Shown here one piece after another: positions 20,725 through 38,479 of a DNA stretch of 64,000 nucleotides (position 1 is the stretch's first letter; every line of letters starts with the position of its first letter). The notes under the pieces are model-generated. The model searched no databases. It worked only from the letters and a program-made list of their open reading frames with translations, and had not been told where the DNA came from. The translations under genes and the position numbers were made by a program. Origin of the DNA: the human T2T-CHM13v2.0 reference genome, Homo sapiens; assembly GCF_009914755.1 (NCBI RefSeq), contig NC_060934.1. One strand, written 5' to 3'.

Positions 20725-22978
20725 ACGCTAATTTTCCAAATATTTATTTAGTTCATAAAATTCACATTTTATTTTTTAAACATTATAGGTTAGAAGAATT
20801 ACAATTGTAATTCCCTGGCACCATGATAGCATTATTGTGGTAGTACTGCTAGGTGAGGGAATGGTATGTTAAGTCTGTTTTTGAAAAGTAAAATGAATAC
20901 GAGTTCACAATCACGAAATACAGATTGTTAAAAGTCTTGTAACAGAAAAATCCAAAGTTAGTATAGTTTTTAAATAAGCCAAAACTACATGGAGCAAGTT
21001 GCTGTCATAAAAGCTGCCTTAAAAAAAAAAAAAAAAAAAAAAAAGCAAGTAAGTCAGTGTTGATACATGAGTTTTGAAAAGTGAGAAACTTACTTAAAGG
21101 ATGACAAAATCATGGTTTGTTGAATGAAATTAGCCTTGGAATTTAAGCAACTTAAGTCACATTTTAAAATTTGTTCTAAGCACAGTAATAAAAAAGCATA
21201 TTTGAAAATTTCATTTTTTGTTTATTCAGTAATCATAAAAATGTTAGCCCATCCCACCTATCAATACAAAATGGTTCAAGAATATAATCCTCTCTTGAGG
21301 ACATTTCTGTCAGTATTCAAGAAAGACCATCTAGAAATCTGTGTCACATCTGACACCTCAAAAGCTGACTGGAAATTTACGGGTTTTGGAAAAAATAGAT
21401 CTTCAAGTAAAATATTCATTTCATACTTAGGCTATTCAGAAAAATTTAAATTTCATGGAAGCATATATTCATGAAGAAAAGATCCTGCAGTATTAATAAG
21501 AACTCCTTTGTAGGCAGGGAGGTACCTAGGATTAACCACTAAATATAATGCTCTTAATCCATAAATTTTCTATGTATTTTTTATAGGCTCACAAACTTAA
21601 AGTGCATGGTTAAAAATTAATGTAAAAAATAGGATACTGAATGGTGATAGTGTTTATGTAACTATTCAGAGGTAATTTATACAAGTTAAATTCTTAGTAT
21701 GCCATAAGCAATATAACTTGGATTAGTGTTCATTGAGTCAGCTTGAAATAGGTCAAGTGTACTGGCCAGGTGCTGTGGCTCACGCCTGTAATCCCAGCTA
21801 CTTGGGAGGCTGAGGCAGGAGAATTGCTTGAACCCAGGAGGTGGAGATCGTGCCATTGCACTCCAGCCTAGGCAACAAGAGTGAAACTCCATCTCGAAAA
21901 AAAAAGAAATAGGTCAAGTGTATATTTCATCATCTCAACACCCTTGGCATAGAGGTGCTCAATGGACATGGTGAAATTTTACTGTGGATGTATACAGGTA
22001 GGCCACTACAATGTGATACTTCCTAAAATTTACTCCAATGAAAATGTTAATACAAAATTTTTTGAACTGAACTCTAATACATTACCAAAGCAAAGTCCTG
22101 ATTTTTTTCTCACTTTTAATGCTTAGAGGAGAGGACCTTTATAAGGAGCCTGTAACATCCCCTACTATTACATACTTTTTTTTCTGGGGAAGGATTTGTG
22201 TTTTCATCTTTGAATTGGGGTCTGAGTCACCCCTTAAAAAAACAGCAATTTAGTGAAACAGCATATGGGAAGATTTATAAATCAGGAAAAGAAAGATGGT
22301 TATATGTAACTTCCTTTCAAGATTAAAAGGAAAAAAGTAGAGGCCGAGGCCAAATAATGCCCCCTTTAATTTAATCCACTGTAGCTGAAAATCTTCAGCA
22401 AGCACGACAATAACTGATTTTTAAAGAGACCAAGAGGAAATTTTGTAGGACAAAATATTGGCCCTGTCTAATGCAAGAGGCAAAGGGAGAGGGGGAGAAG
22501 AAAGGGCAAATAAATATAGTTGAAATCTTACAAAGATAATGAAAATCTGTTGAATTAGAATATTAATAATTTTAAAAGTTTTATGCGTTTCCAGTTTCAG
22601 AACTGTGAAGCTTTAAAGTGCATTAAGAGAACTGCAGGCACCATCAAATACCAAATTGACAGAATTCAGAAGAAAAAAACAATCTGAAGCCTTATTTTTA
22701 AGGCCTTTACAAGATAAGGCAAGTTGTGTTAGCTCTGCTCTCTGGCCTTTTAATGAGTTACATGATTTTTAAGCATGCTCTGTTGAAAATACATTTTGAA
22801 AAACAATGGGGAAGGAAATATATAACTTGTAATTTCCATGAGCTGAATATGTAGAAGATAAACTGGTACCAAATACTGACCGAAAGCCGCTTAAGGAGAG
22901 CTGTCTGGTTACCTTTGTATACAACATCATAACATTCATTGTAGGTAATTTCATACATAAGGATTTAGTTCTGGAGTC
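20725..22978 (-). other. RUFY2: RUFY2 3'UTR (end approximate)
   Basis: Follows the RUFY2 stop; minus-strand AATAAA (plus TTTATT) at 20768-20773, 20743-20748 and 20640-20645. Confidence 0.75.
21764..21905 (+). mobile_element. Internally deleted monomeric Alu in the RUFY2 3'UTR
   Basis: TSD GAAATAGGTCAAGTGTA at 21745-21761 and 21906-21922; left-arm start fused to right arm. Confidence 0.88.
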
Positions 22979-23122
22979 TCAGGGCAAGTTAGATGAGCAT
23001 CTCTGAATGAGCAATGCATGACAGGAATCACAAACCCGTACTGGTTTTGGTGAAGAAGGCAAAGGTAGTTCGTTGTCAGAGCAGGCATTACAGAAAATTT
23101 CCCCACAATTTCTACAGTGGTG
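22979..23122 (-). CDS. RUFY2: RUFY2 last coding exon, FYVE C-half: [47 protein letters not shown]
   Basis: FYVE HHCRxCG and RVC motifs; acceptor at 23123-23124; 144 nt including TGA. Confidence 0.96.
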   Translation of the reverse strand, partial: HHCRNCGEIFCNACSDNELPLPSSPKPVRVCDSCHALLIQRCSSNLP

Positions 23123-23217
23123 CTATTAAACAGAAAAATCAGAGGGAAAAAAACACTTTAAATAAAATTAGCATTTTTGCACTCCAAATTTTTGGACTCA
23201 CTTCTTATCTCCCTTAC

Positions 23218-23295
23218 CTTTCTCTTAGAGAGTGAGAATTCCTTTTCACAAAGTTTACAATGTGTTGCTTCTTTGTCTTTCAGCCAAACCAGTCC
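23218..23295 (-). CDS. RUFY2: RUFY2 exon, FYVE N-half: [26 protein letters not shown]
   Basis: WxxD motif and CxxC; gtaag donor; 78 nt; followed by a 95-nt intron. Confidence 0.96.
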
Positions 23296-23844
23296 CTAGT
23301 AAGAAGAAAATATTAATGCTCAAATTGGTAACACTAAAAATTAAATGTGAAAACTTTTTCCCCCAAGAACATTATTTATAGGAATAGATATATGAAGAAT
23401 GGAAAATAAGTTATTTTCTTTGAGAGATGTATATATATGTAAATATGTATGGAATTAGCCTCAAAATATTCTGGGTTGGGGAGGTGGGATGTGGATTAAG
23501 TATAAAAAACAAGATTGCAGCCAGGCGACAATGGCTCACACCGGTAATTCCAGCTACTTGGGAGGCTGAGGTGAGAGGATCGCCTGAGGCCTGGAGTTCA
23601 AGACCAAGCTGGGCAACACAGAATCTGTCTCTTAAAAAATAAAAATTGAAAAAATGAAAAATCAAGACTGCACATGATAAATATTGAAATGGGTAATGGT
23701 TCATTTTGCTCTTTTCTATACAATTGTATATATTAGAACATATAACATGTAAAAATGCTTTAAAGAGATAATCTGTTGCTGATGGGAATTCTCTTCAGGA
23801 AAAGAACCTTAAAGATGAAAAAAACCTTAAAATAGTACAACAAC

Positions 23845-23960
23845 ATTTTATTTTTTAAATTTTTGTGGGTACATAGTAGTTACATATTTATGGGGTACAT
23901 GAGATGTTTTGATACAGGCATGCAATACGAAATAAGCACATCATGGAGAATGGGGTATCC
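23845..23960 (-). mobile_element. L1 3' end fragment (L1PB/L1MA-like)
   Basis: TTTTGTGGGTACATAGTAG..TATTTATGGGGTACATGAGATG; degenerate TSD TAGTACAACAACATTT / TAGTCCAACAATATTT. Confidence 0.75.
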
Positions 23961-26683
23961 TAGTCCAACAATATTTAAGGATAAATTCTCACTGTGTAAA
24001 ATGCAATAGTTTGGCATTATGTATAACTTATACCTTAAGACCCTAAAATTTGAAGGAAATTGGGGAAATCAGATATTGGAGTTCATTATTTTATAAGACC
24101 TCTTTAGGAGGCCGAGGCAGGAGGATTGCTTGAGGCCAGGAAGACTGGCCTGGGGAACAGACTCCATCTTTACAAAAAAATTAACCAGGCTGCGTGGCAT
24201 AAGCCCATAGTCCCAGCTACTCTGGAGGCTGAGAAGGGAGAATCGCTTAAGCCCAGGAGTTTGAGGCTGCAGTGAACTATGACTCAGGCTTGAGTGCCAC
24301 TGCACTCGAGCCTGAGCAAGAGTGAGACCCTGTCTCAAGAAAAAGAGGGGAAAAAAAAAGGACCTCACTTTAAAAGTTTTACATGGCTATTTCCCTCAAC
24401 TTTTATAACATATTTAATAGCTGCTATGTAAACGTTAGTAAAAAAATGGATGTAAGTAGTCTTAAGCAGTATTTATGACAACTTGACCCTTTTTTTTTTT
24501 TTTTTTTTTTTGAAAAGAGAGTCTCACTCTGTCGCCCAGGCTGTAGTGCAGTGGTGCAGTCTCAGCTCACCGCAACCTCCGTCTCCCAGGTTCAAGTGAT
24601 TCTCCTGCCTCAGCTTCCCTGTAGCTGGGATTACAGGCACACGCCACCATGCCCGGCTAATTTTTGTATTTTTAGTAGAGATGGGGTTTCACCATGTTGG
24701 CCAGACTGGTCTCAAACTCCTGACCTCAGGTGATCCGCCCACTTCGGCCTCCCAAAGTGCTGGGATTACAGGCATAAACCACCAGGCCCAGCCTACTTGA
24801 CCCATTGTTAACCAGCTTGCTTAACCAATCTTGGCTAGAAAGACCTTTTTTCCCCTGTGAAGGCAACTTTGTTAGATGATTATCAGTTTCACAATGAGAA
24901 GACCCAGATGAAGGAGGAGCCTCAATACTGATTGATTTCCTAAAACATGTTCCTAAAACAGCCCAGACCAAAGAACCCAAGTATAACTGAAGATTCCAAC
25001 CTGGACATGGAGCAACTGCAACCTATCAATTACTACTGAAGCACAGGAACCTTTATTACCTAATGAGAGAAAAATTCTCTTAGGAAAAAAAGGCCCATAG
25101 ATACATTTCTAAAAACAAGAGTTTTCTTAAGACTTTTCCAAAAGCAGAATTCTTTGAAGAAAAAAAAGACAAAGCATTCACAGATCAAGATCACAAGGTT
25201 AATTTCAGGTCTTTTTGTTTCACAGTCTTAATAACTAGCACTTATTATACAGCAGAGATAATACAGTATTGGTTACTGCATATGAGGAAGCCTAACTCTC
25301 CTTAGAACACAGGATTATAAGGGCTTTTTTTTTTTAACTAGATAGTTCATATCAGACAAACACCAGCAAAGAGTCAGATAGCTTGAATCATAGAATTTTT
25401 TTTTTTTTTTTAATGCAGGACGGGGGCCAGGTGCAGTGGCTGACACCTGTAATCCCAGCACTTTTGAGACTTTGAGAGGCCAAGGTGAGAGGCTCTCTTT
25501 AGACCAGGAGTTCAAGACCAGCCTGGGCAACATAGCAAGACCCCATCTCTACAAAAAAAAATATAAATGAAAAGAAATTAGCCAAGCATGGTGGCATGCA
25601 CCTGTAGTCTCAGCTACTTGGGAGGCTGAGGTGGGAGGATTGCTTAAACCCATATGTTCAAGGTTACAGTGAGCTGTGATCATGCCACTGCACTCCAGCT
25701 TGGGAAACAGAGGAAACTCTGTCTCTGAGGGGAAAAAAAAAAAAAGGCAGCAGCAGGAAGGGACCCTAAAAGATAATCCAACTTGATGAAAACCATACAA
25801 AGCAAAGTGATTTGCCAAATGTCCCACAGCCACCTAGTGGAAGCAGCTTGTAAGGGCATCAGGTTCGGAAACAACCTTGCTGACATGGAGACTAGGCCTT
25901 TGGAGACTTCTTTTCATTGAAACTACCTGCCGCCCTCCCAGGAGAGAAGCTCACTTTAAAGTAAGCCTAGTGTGTCCCTGTGAAGGGATCTCAGAGATGA
26001 GCACCTGGAGCCCTCTCATTTTACACATGAGAAAACTTAAAGCCTAGAGAGCTGAAGCTGCCTGCTCAAGGAAACAGCCGTTTACCAGAAGAGCTAAGAC
26101 TAGAACGGAACAACCTCTTGCTCTGCAAATAAACAGCAATTTTTCTCTGCCCAATTCCAGAAAGTTAGCTGCTAGACTTACACCCCCTAGATAGGATACT
26201 ACAGGATTCTTCTCTGGAGAAATTCAACTGCCACAGAGAAAAGTCCTGTAAATACTAAACATTTGTAGAGGGTACCCAATAGTTCACTAATCATAGCAGA
26301 TTTCTCTATGGTGAGGCCTACCAGTTTTTAACAACCCACCCAACCAATACACACACAAGGTTTCCGATAACTCTTATTTGTGCCTTTTATTGAAATTGGG
26401 GGATATCACAACATTTGAGAAAACTTCAGAGAATCGATAATGAGGCCGGGTACAGTGGCTCACACCTGTAATCCCACCACTTTGGGAGACTGAGACGGAA
26501 GGATCGCTTGAGCCCAGGAGTTTGAGACCAGCCTGGGCAACACAGTGAGGCCCCCACCATCTCTAAAAAATAAAATAAAATTAGCAGGGTGTGGTGATGT
26601 ACACCTGTGGTCCCAGCAACTCAGGAGGCTGAGGGGGGGAGGATTGCTTGAACCCAGAAGTTCAAGGTTACAGTGAGCTATGA

Positions 26684-26872
<189 letters not shown>

Positions 26873-27118
26873 TAAGTACCTGGGACTACAGGCACCCACC
26901 ACTGCACCCAGCTAATTTTTTGTATTTTTAGTAGAGACGGGGTTTCACCGTGTTAGCCAGGATGGTCTCGATCTCCTGACCTCGTGATCTGCCCGCCTCA
27001 GCCTCCCAAAGTGCTGGGATTACAGGCGTGAGCCACCGCGCCCGGCCAGAAAAAATTTTTTAAATAATAATATCAAAGACAAAATATAACAGGACGCTAT
27101 TTTTAAAAGGAAAAATGA

Positions 27119-27520
<402 letters not shown>

Positions 27521-28204
27521 TAATCAAGGCTTTAGATTTAACTTCCAGTTCACAGGCAACAAGTAGACAGGAACAAGTTAACAAACACTGCAAACAAACA
27601 TTCAGAGAAAATCCAGAATGTGAAAAACTGTTTAGGACAGCTGTTCTAGACCCTTCAGCTGGTCAACAGCATGGAAAAGAAAAAAAAGTCAACTCAGATA
27701 TGAATCCAGTTTCCACATAAAAAAACTGAGAAAAGCAGATAATATTCTGTTAAAGACAGATGTGAGTAATAAGTATAAAGCAAAACAAAGTAATAATTAA
27801 CACAAAATACAGGAGAGATGCCATAAAGAGGAGAGTGCAATCAAGAAGCAGATGAGGCTTCTAAGGTACTGGTCATGTTCTATTATCATTAACCTAAGCG
27901 GAGGATACGCAGTGTTTTTTTGTTTTTGGTTTTTTTTTTGGAGATGGAATTTTGCTCTTGTTGCCAGGCTGGAGTGCAATGGCATGATCTCAGCTCACCA
28001 CAACCTCCGCCTCCCAGGTTCAAGCAATTCTCCTGCCTCAGCCTCCTGAGTAGCTAGGGTTACAGGCATGCACCACTATGCCCGGCTAATTTTGTATTTT
28101 TAGTAGAAATGGGTTTCTCCATGTTGGTCAGGCTGGTCTCGAACTCCCGACCTCAGGTGATCTGCCCACCTCGGCCTCCTAAAGTGCTGGGACTGCAGGC
28201 ATGA

Positions 28205-29308
<1,104 letters not shown>

Positions 29309-29945
29309 TCAGATACGCAAATTCTTTTCTTTCTTTTTTCAAATTTTGGTAGAGACAAGGGCTTGCTATACTACCCAGGCTGGTCTCAAACTCCTGGCCT
29401 CAAGCAATTCTCCCACCACAGCCTCTTAAAGCACTGGGGTTACAGGTATGAGCTACCATGCCTAGTCTCCAGATGTGTAAATTCTTACAACCTCTATCTT
29501 CATTCACCATTTTCAGGAAGCTACTGAAAGATGTGTTGCCGAAAATAAGGGAGTATACAAAGAGAGAAGTTAGGGAATTCAGGCAACAGGAGCTCCCACA
29601 AAGGGGGAAGGTAAAGGAAATTCTGAGAATACCAGCAAAGGGAAACATCAGGACCAGAACAAACATGAGCAGGAGAGCAGAGAACTCTTGAAGTTGGAGG
29701 CAAGACGTCAAAGAAAAAATAATGACGTAACCAAGTACCTGATATATTTTACCATGTGGAAAACTTTATCAAGAAGCTTTTTTAAATAGAGGTGTTTCAA
29801 GGTATGAGAAAACTCAAATGTTATACAACTAATTTGTTTTTAAAAAGAGAGGGGTGGCTGGGCACGGTGGCTCACACCTGTAATCCCAGCACTTTGGGAG
29901 GCCAAGGTGGGCAGATCACAAAGTCAGGAGTTCGAGACAAGCCTA

Positions 29946-30146
<201 letters not shown>

Positions 30147-30262
30147 TTATTAACTCCAGAGGAAGGATAAAGTAGTTCAAGTAAGAAAATATAATCACAG
30201 TACCTGGCTCAGCAAGGAACAACATTCAAATAATCATAATAAAAAATTCAGAATAGGGGCTA

Positions 30263-30591
<329 letters not shown>

Positions 30592-30852
30592 CTACTGGGG
30601 AGCCTGAGGCAGGAGAATCACTGAACCAGGGAGGCAGAGGTTGCAGTGAGCCGAGATCATGCCATTGCACTCCAGCCTGGGTGAAGAAGCAAGACTCCGT
30701 CTCAAAAAAAAAAATACAGAGTAAGACGGGTTTTGGGGGCTCATGCTTGTAATCCCAGCACTTTAGGAGGCCAAGACTGGAGGACTGCCCGAGGACAGGT
30801 GTTCAAGACCACTCTAGACAACACAGCAGATACTGTCTCTACAAAAAATTTA

Positions 30853-31083
<231 letters not shown>

Positions 31084-31990
31084 TTATACTGGGAGACCAG
31101 AAAGACCAAAATGAGAGTGAGCAAAACTCTTCATCCACCATATGATGACGTTAATATATAAGTCTAAAACTGCTGAATCAAGAGCAAATAGTACATACTG
31201 AACATTAGTTAGACATACAGAGATAAATGCCAGAAGAAACAGCTAAAAAACTGGAAGTAGCTCCCTTTGGGTGGCAGGAGCTAGGGCAGATAAAGGGCAA
31301 GGGAGTGAAGAACAAGAGACTGCTACCATCATCATCATTATTATTAATAATATTATTTGGAGTTAAATCTTCTTAGTATAATTTTTTAAAAATGATTTTC
31401 ATGTAACACTTTTTTGTCACCCAGGCTGGCGTGCAGTAAGTAGCATGATCAAGGCTCCCTGCAGCCTCGACCTCCCAGGCTCAAGCAATCCTCCCACCTC
31501 AGCCTCCCAAGTAGCTGAGACTATAGACCTGCACCACCACACCTGGCTAATTTTTTCTTATTTTTTAGTAGAAATAAGGTCTATTTTACCCAGGCTGGTC
31601 TTGAACTCCTGGCCTCAAGCAATCCTCCTGCCTTGGCCTCCCAAAGTGCTATGAACCACCACACCCAGTATCATGTAACACTTTTTGATTTTAAAAAATG
31701 AAGTTGTTGGGTAGGAAGCCACCTATCACTGAAGTGATCACACAGACACTGTCCTTTCTTCTATGTTGTAGCAAGGATTCAGACACATTCACAACCATAC
31801 TGGTAAAGTGTTCCAACCACTTTCACACACATGTATTAACCTACTCAATATTCAGAGCAACCCTACGCAGAATCATCAGCCTATTTCAGAGAAGGAAGCT
31901 GAGGCTCAATGAGGATACATGACTTGCTGAAAGTAAAAGAACTAGTAAGTAATAGACTGGCATAGGAACTCAAGATTCTCAAGTTCATAG

Positions 31991-32289
<299 letters not shown>

Positions 32290-32558
32290 TGACCCACCTG
32301 CCTCGGCCTCCCAAAGAGCTCGGATTACGGGCGTGAGCCACTGCGCCCGGCCTCTAAGGTCAGTTTCTAAAGGAAGGTTATTAATAATGTGACTCTAGGG
32401 GTACAGGGAAGAGCTGAACCCCCAGCATCCAAGCTCCTCATTCAGTGCTTCGGCCTCTATATATCCTGGGGTTAATAATACATTAGATTCACACAGGGCA
32501 TTACCTTCCATTGGAGACTTTCACATACCTTCCCACTTTAGGAAAACGTTCTACTCAC

Positions 32559-32607
32559 CTGCAATGCTTTGTTGGCTTCTTTTATGTCTTCAATTTTAAG
32601 TTTTGAT
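32559..32607 (-). CDS. RUFY2: RUFY2 exon: (E)SKLKIEDIKEANKALQ
   Basis: 49 nt; tag| acceptor; CAG|gtgagt donor; phase fits both neighbours. Confidence 0.93.
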
Positions 32608-32932
32608 CTAAAAAGATTACAAATAGGTCCAAATTTCAGTACACATATTTAAATATAGAACACTTAGTATTTCAGTAGGTATTGGTATTTCATAGGATAT
32701 AAAATTATGTATAGTATATGATTTTTATGGCCTTCTCTGGCTAGTGGAATATTTCATATTTTCCTATATTTTCTAAATGTCCTAAAGCAAAAATATTTTA
32801 GATTTAAAACTTGCTTTTTAAGAAATATTGGCATTTTCGGCTGGGTGCGGTGGCTCATGCCTGTAATCCCAGCACTTTGGGAGGCCGAGGCCCGCGGATC
32901 ACGAGGTCAGGAGATCGAGACCATCCTGGCTA

Positions 32933-33166
<234 letters not shown>

Positions 33167-33775
33167 TCATGACAATATTTATAGCTATCATTTATTGTAG
33201 GTTTACTATGTGCCTTTGCATGCATAATCTCATGTAATCTACACAAAAACCTATTTTAAAGATGAAGAAATGACTGATGAAGTTTAGTCACTTGTAAGAA
33301 GTCAGAGAGCTCCAACTGGGGGAGCTAGGATTCAAACCCTTGTCTGTGACCCCAAAGGGCACATGCTAACCATTATTCACATTATTTCTCTAGCAAATAC
33401 AGAAGTGCTAAGGAAGAAAATACTGTGAGCCAGGCGCGGTGGCTCACACCTGTAATCCCAGCACTTTTGGGGGCCAAGGCGGGTGAATCATCTGAGGTCA
33501 GGAGTTCGAGACCAGCCTGGTCAATATACAGTGAAACCCCATCTCTACTAAAAATACAAAAATTAGCTGGAAATAGTGGTGCACGCCTGTATTCCCAGCT
33601 ACTCGGGAAGGTGAGGCAGGAGAATCACTTGAACCCCGGAGGCAGAGGTTTCAGTGAACCAAGATCACACCACTGCACTCCAGCCTGGGTGACAGCGAGA
33701 TGCCGTCTCAAAAACAGCAACAAAAAAGAAAATACTGTGGAAGACACAGCTGCAAATACTTTCCCACTTTTTTGA

Positions 33776-33877
<102 letters not shown>

Positions 33878-34294
33878 TGAGTAGATGGGATTAGAGGCAC
33901 CCGCAATAACTCCCAGGCTAATTTTTGTATTTTTAGTAGAGACCGGGTTTCACCACGTTGGCCAGGCTGGTCTCGAACTCCTGACTTCAAGTGATCCACC
34001 TGTCTTGGCCTCCCAAAGTGCTGGGACTACAGGTGTGAGCCACCAAGCCTGGCATTTTCCACCTTTTGAAAATATGTATGTTGGGCCAGATGCGGTCTCT
34101 CATGCCTGTAATGCCAGCACTTTGGGAGACAGAGGTGAGCAGACCGCCTGAGGTCAGGAAGGAGTTCAAGACCAGCCTGGCCAACATGGTGAAACCCCAT
34201 CTCTACTAAAAATACCAAAAAAATTAGCTGGGCGTGGTGAGGGGCGCCTGTGATCCCAGCTACTCAGGAGGCTGAGGCAGGGAGAATCACTTGA

Positions 34295-34747
<453 letters not shown>

Positions 34748-35926
34748 TAATTTAAATTTTTTTTTCTTTAAAAAAGAAAATGTGTTAATGAAAATGCAAA
34801 TTATAAAAAACAATATTTAATTACCTGTGATCCCATTACCCAGAGGTAATCTTCTCTATATATCTGTGTATTTTAAATGGAATAATTATCTACATAGTTT
34901 TCCATAACCAGCTATTTTCACAATATATCCTGAACAGCTTGCAGCTACTGGCTTGTTACCGAGTATCTGCCATTATCATTATAGTAAATGGTCACTTGGT
35001 ATATACCATGAAAAAGAATATAAAATAGTATATATAATTATCTACTGTTGATCTTTCAACTTGTTTCAAATTTTTCGCCACAAAAGTTGTTTATTAAAAT
35101 TACAATGACTAGTTCAGGCATGGTGGTTCCTGCCTGTAATCGCAGCACTTTGGGAGGCTGAGGTGGGGAGATCACTTGAGGTCAGGAGTTCCAGACCAGC
35201 CTGGCCAACATGGTGAAACCTCATCTCTATCAAAAATACAAAAATTAGCCAGGCATGGTGGTATGCACCTGTAGTCCCAGCTACTCAGGTGTCTGAGGCA
35301 GGAAAATCGCTTGAACCTGGAAGGCATAGGTTGCAATGAGCCAAGATTGCACCACTGCCTTCCAGCTTGAGCAACAGAGCGAGACTCTTATCTCCAAAAA
35401 ACAAACAAACAAACAAACAACAACAAAAAAATTGGAATGACTAAAACATTAGTATTAATTCTCTTACAAATGAAATTCCTGAATCAAATGATATATCAGA
35501 TACTAAAGCCTCTACTACTGAAGCAGGACATTAAAAATCTGCTTTGCCCTATAAAATGCTCTTCATTCCAAGACATAAAAACAAAGTGTGAGTCTTTCAC
35601 CTACCTCATATTGACTCTTACGGTGGAAATAATCAATGTAAAACTACACACTGTAAAAATACTGACATAATCATCACATTTTCTTGGCTAAATTCACATC
35701 TACAAAATGTGCCTCAGGAAAACTGACTCTTGGGAATAGTGGCCACAACAGTGATGATTTAATTATGCTATACAGAAAAACTGAATATGGAATTAAAGTG
35801 GCTTAATGATATTCACCACAGAAAATATTTTCTTGGCTGGGCACAGTGGCTCACACCTGTAATTCCAGCACTTTGGGAGGCCAAGGCAGACGGATAACCT
35901 GAGGTCAGGAGTTCGAGACCAGCCTA

Positions 35927-36172
<246 letters not shown>

Positions 36173-36496
36173 TTAAATGCTCTTATTCATAAATAAGGAC
36201 TCAAAAAAGACGGCCTCTCTATGATACATATTGCCTAAGTGTCCTAAAGAAAGGAGCATCGGTTACAATCCCAATAACCATAATGTACAAGAATACCTTC
36301 TCAGCCAGGCACAGTGGCTCATGCCTGTAATCCCAACCCTTTGGGAGGCCAAGGTGGGTGGATCACTTGAGGTCAGGAGTTCGAGACTAGCCTGATCAAC
36401 ATGGTGAAATCCCACCTCTACTAAAAATACAAAATTAGCCAGATGTGGTGGCACACGCCTGTAATCCCAGCTATTCAGGAGGCTGAGGCAGGAGAT

Positions 36497-36993
<497 letters not shown>

Positions 36994-37345
36994 TCAAAAA
37001 AAAAAAAAGATAGATTTGGAAGGCTTTAAACACTGACTATTCTTCTGAGTAAATTATAATTAGACTGTCTAATAATTAAGGAAATGAAAATAAGCCTGAA
37101 AGGAAATATATACATATATGTATACACGTATACATATTCTCCTGTCTCAGCCTCCGAAGTAGCTGGGACTACAGGCACATGCCACCACACCCGGCTAATT
37201 TTTGTATTTTTAGTAGAGATGGGGTTTCACCACGTTGGCCAGGCTGGCCTCGAACTCCTGACCTCAAGTGATCCGCCCGCCTCAGCTTCCAAAGTGCTGG
37301 GATTGCAGGCGTAGCCACAGCACCTGGCCCAAATCTATCTTTTTA

Positions 37346-37501
<156 letters not shown>

Positions 37502-37761
37502 TTAAAAAAGAATCCTTCAAGCTGGATGTAGTGGCTCACACCTGTAATGTCAATATTTTTGGAAGCCGAAGCAAGAGGACTCCTTGAGGCCAGGAGTTTG
37601 AGACCAGCCTGGGGCAACACAGTGAGACTCTGTCTCTATTTAATTTTTTTAAAAAAATAATCTTTCAGGCCAGGTGCGGTGGCTCACGCCTGTAATCCCA
37701 GCACTTTGGGAGGCCGAGGCGGGCAGATCACGAGGTCAGGAGATCGAAACCATCCTGACTA

Positions 37762-37971
<210 letters not shown>

Positions 37972-38365
37972 TCATCATCATCTTTCAATAATAAGCCGAT
38001 AAGAGCAAATATTTCAATTTTCAAACCCAGTAAGTGGAGGTTGCAGTGAGCCAAGATCACACCACTGCACTCCAGCCTGGGTGACAGAGTGAGACCCCGT
38101 CTCAAATAAATAAATAAATAAATAAATAAAGGCAACATCTAGACATTTATATGATCATGCCTGTAATTCAACTATAAAGTCTCTATTAAGTATGAAGTGA
38201 GGGGCCGGGCGTGGTGGCTCATGACTGTAATCCCAGCACTTTGGAGGCCAAGGCAGGCAGATCACCTGAGGTCAGGAGTTCAAGACTAGACTGGCCAACA
38301 TGGTAAAACGCTGTCTCTACTAAAAATTAGCCAGGTGTGGTGGTGGGCGCCAGTAATCCCAGCTA

Positions 38366-38479
<114 letters not shown>

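Noticed and set aside
21021-21044. Poly(A) as the tail of a processed pseudogene
   Set aside because: No TSD or upstream retro-sequence; lies in the RUFY2 3'UTR.
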